DNA of 64,000 nt from an uncultured Candidatus Micrarchaeota archaeon. GTDB taxonomy: Archaea; Micrarchaeota; Micrarchaeia; Burarchaeales; Fermentimicrarchaeaceae. Below, one piece after another: positions 63,776-64,000 of this stretch. Below the pieces are notes generated by a model that was not told the DNA's origin, searched no databases, and worked only from the letters and a program-made list of their open reading frames with translations. Made by a program: the position numbers and the translations under genes. Each line of letters opens with the position of its first letter. The first letter of the stretch is position 1. Where the stretch lies: assembly GCA_963760615.1 (NCBI GenBank), contig CAVXDX010000013.1, positions 1 through 64,000 of the forward strand. Direction: 5' to 3'.

Positions 63776-64000
63776 TCACTTTTTAGCTATACTACTCTTA
63801 AAGATTTTAAACTCCTCAAACGCAACTGGGCTGAACTTCACCCACGATTTACTTGATACAAACTCTTTATAGAGGGTATAAATCAATGCAAACCAATTCA
63901 GGTCCGATGCAATGAATGTTGGAGTCATATCGCTCCTCACCAATGCGGGCTCAGCGGCTACTGCGAACTGCGCCTTGCCGCCGGAGTACACTACGAAGAT
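63776..64000 (-). CDS. 3' end of a gene extending beyond the window (unidentified)
   Basis: Frame open to the window edge, ending ...FEEFKIFKSSIAKK*. Confidence 0.45.
   Translation of the reverse strand: MFVVYSGGKAQFAVAAEPALVRSDMTPTFIASDLNWFALIYTLYKEFVSSKSWVKFSPVAFEEFKIFKSSIAKK

Noticed and set aside
1-64000. CRISPR array, rRNA genes or integron attC array
   Set aside because: I found no regularly spaced direct repeats with unique spacers, no rRNA-like sequence and no integrase. The 37392-37615 repeats are 6-mers, not CRISPR repeats.

Overview
Archaeal genomic DNA. It looks DPANN-like, most plausibly Micrarchaeota; this is inferred from the tandem ftsZ pair, archaeal ThrRS/TpiA/RtcB, QxAxEY/FxxxYGW pilins and a tRNA with a non-canonical intron. 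The first ~8 kb is a near-perfect fold-back: arm 286-4059 is the reverse complement of 4150-7950, with a 90-bp spacer. It is preceded by a 285-bp 63%-GC foreign PASTA-domain fragment. Both are probably contig-end or read artefacts. The real locus there is an archaeosortase with three adjacent PEF-CTERM substrates, followed by two tandem PaaK-like adenylate-forming enzymes. Housekeeping genes are purD, purF, two ftsZ, DNA ligase, dcd, intein-split rtcB, lemA-htpX, thrS, tpiA, a glycogen-debranching enzyme and tRNA-Ser(CGA) with a 19-nt T-loop BHB intron. The window also holds a solo IS605-type TnpB, a type IV pilus-like locus, arsM, Hsp20 and many Cys-rich surface proteins. Most interesting: (i) a divergent PD-(D/E)xK-wHTH / AAA+-wHTH gene pair separated by three helically phased triplets of TACACA; (ii) the archaeosortase/PEF-CTERM cassette; (iii) an unannotated 30-aa ORF between the two ftsZ genes; (iv) the T-loop tRNA intron. 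All family assignments come from motif recognition by eye; no database searches were run.
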